From Podarcis tiliguerta (taxonomy: Eukaryota): a stretch of 64,000 nt of DNA. This document shows, one piece after another, positions 62,218 to 64,000 of the stretch; the first letter of the stretch is position 1; each line of letters starts with the position of its first letter. Position numbers and translations under genes: made by a program. The notes below the pieces were generated by a model, which did no database searches, was not told the origin of the DNA, and saw only the letters and a program-made list of their open reading frames with translations. The DNA lies in assembly GCA_965153285.1 (NCBI GenBank), contig OZ229115.1; one strand, written 5' to 3'.

Positions 62218-62437
62218 GTCAGCATGTGTTCTGCTATCAAGATGCAAGTCCGCAAGAGATATCTTTCCCACAGCTAGCACTTCAACTGCAGGAAAGTCAT
62301 ATTCACACAGGAGAGATCCATAACTTTATTACTCCAGCAGTCCACCTAATGGTTAGTGCCCACAACAACTCTCATGATGGAAATGCTCTACATACACCGT
62401 ACCATTTTTAAAAATTAGACTGATTAAGTGGCTGAAC

Positions 62438-62573
62438 CAGGCATAGGCAAACTTGGCCCTCCAGATGTTTTGGGACTACAACTCCCATCACCCCTAGCTA
62501 ACAGAGCCAGTGGTCAGGGATGATGGGAGTTGTAGTCCCAAAACATCTGGAGGGCCAAGTTTGCCTATGCCTG
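62438..62573. mobile_element. Near-perfect palindromic hAT MITE
   Basis: About 50-bp inverted arms caggcataggcaaacttggccctccagatgttttgggactacaactcccatca. Confidence 0.9.
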
Positions 62574-63811
62574 GAACAATACTTACTGCAGTGATCATTT
62601 AACTTGTTTAATATTACAAACTTGGAAACACAAGCCAGCTACCTCCCTACATATTTTTTGTATTATGTATAATTTCCCCTACCTAGTATGCACTCTTTTT
62701 TAAAGGCAAAAGCAGTGAACAGGCAATCCCGCCAGATCACAGCTTCCCTTATGTATTCTATGAGACATGAGATTGCATTGCTGGTGCTGGACTGGGACTG
62801 GAATATAACATCAAAACTGTTTTCCTTTTTTTAAATCACTGGGAAATGCCCTAAGTTACACAAAGCAAGGCTTGGCTACAAATAAGGACCTCACAAGTGA
62901 CCAGTCACAAGATACAGTTAGAGACCACATATCTCACCAATTACAAGAAACTGGTGACAGATAAGACAATATGGCTGTTACCGTTATGTCCTATGACTGT
63001 GTTAGACTAGATGTACTGAATCAGATCCAGGGTCCAGGCCTTATGCTCTTAAATACGAGTGCATAGTCAGGATTGTTTAACACACATTAGTTATGCTTTA
63101 ACTGTGAAGAGGTCCCAAGTATATAGTCTTCAGTAGAAGACTGAACATTTCAGTAGAACATAGATGCCTGAGAACAGTCGACTGCTGATTTACATTATCA
63201 ATCCTCTACACAAAGCTGTTTCTTTTCTAAAGCATCAATTTGCAAAACAGTATATAAAATGCAAAGTTCCTGTGCGCATATGCAAGTAGTAATTCCAGAC
63301 AGAAACCAAAATGCCAACAGAGAATGGCCCATTGTCCCCTGCCTATTCTATTGTTATTGCAAATGTTTCCTTGGTGGGATTTTTTTATTTTACTCTTGCC
63401 ACAACCTATCATATATATTAGGAAACAAACTCAAATAGCCAAGTTTTCATAGAAAACCAGAGAACAGATTCTTAGATTAGGAAAAATATTTATACAGTAT
63501 CTACACTTTTGCAACCAATATTGTCCTTTAGAACGCCCGTCTACTATCATATTCCCTATAACTATTCTATTCATTTTCTCCACATCATACTTATTTTACA
63601 TCACTATCATGCCATCATTTACTTGCCATTTTCTAAACTAAAAAAGTCCCAAATAGTGTCATCTTTCATCATAAGGGAGTTGCTCTATCCCCTTTTCATG
63701 TAGTAGTTTGCTTCTAAATGGAAGTGAAGCAAACCACTATTATAAAAGAATGCTTAGATGAACAGTATACTCGCTCAGAAAAGTAATACATCTTACACTA
63801 AATATTGTAGA

Positions 63812-63812
<1 letters not shown>

Positions 63813-63876
<64 letters not shown>
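63813..63876. repeat. (TA)n microsatellite
   Basis: Direct reading. Confidence 0.95.
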
Positions 63877-63877
<1 letters not shown>

Positions 63878-63879
<2 letters not shown>

Positions 63880-64000
63880 GTTTTCGTAGATTTTCACGGG
63901 TACAGGAATGCAGGTTTTGGTGTCCTCGGGTGTCTTCCCGTGTAAAAGTTGGGGTGTCTAGGCGACGTTTCGACGAGGTCTCACTCGTCATCTTCAGGCT
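63878..64000 (-). mobile_element. Penelope-like retroelement terminus (continues off the right edge)
   Basis: Abrupt CpG-rich sequence abutting (TA)n and carrying a minimal hammerhead motif. Confidence 0.7.
63961..64000 (-). ncRNA. Minimal type I hammerhead ribozyme motif
   Basis: AGC-CUGAAGA-U-GACGAG-UGAGAC-CUCGUC-GAAA-CGUC-GCC: complete catalytic core and a perfect 6-bp stem II. Confidence 0.75.

Overview
Vertebrate (squamate, probably lacertid lizard, judged from Sauria SINEs and other squamate-type repeats) genomic DNA with the conserved MUTYH-TOE1-TESK2 block. MUTYH (- strand) shows its first five coding exons and runs off the left edge. It is head-to-head with TOE1 (+ strand, 7 coding exons, about 539 aa) across a CpG-rich bidirectional promoter (about 3.3-4.6 kb). 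TESK2 (- strand, 10 coding exons, about 674 aa, 16572-55862) is convergent with TOE1, and its non-coding first exon probably lies beyond the right edge. I located all exons by hand with GT-AG boundaries and consistent phases; the ORF track misses many of them. Introns hold SINEs, CR1/L2/L1 fragments and many DNA-transposon MITEs. The main unexplained signals are (1) a C-type lectin (CLEC2/CD69/KLR-like) exon, with possible decayed sister exons, nested antisense in a TESK2 intron, and (2) two Penelope-type minimal hammerhead ribozyme motifs in TESK2 sense orientation, one with an intact core at the right edge and one degenerate. Repeat family names and human comparisons are from memory, not from database searches.
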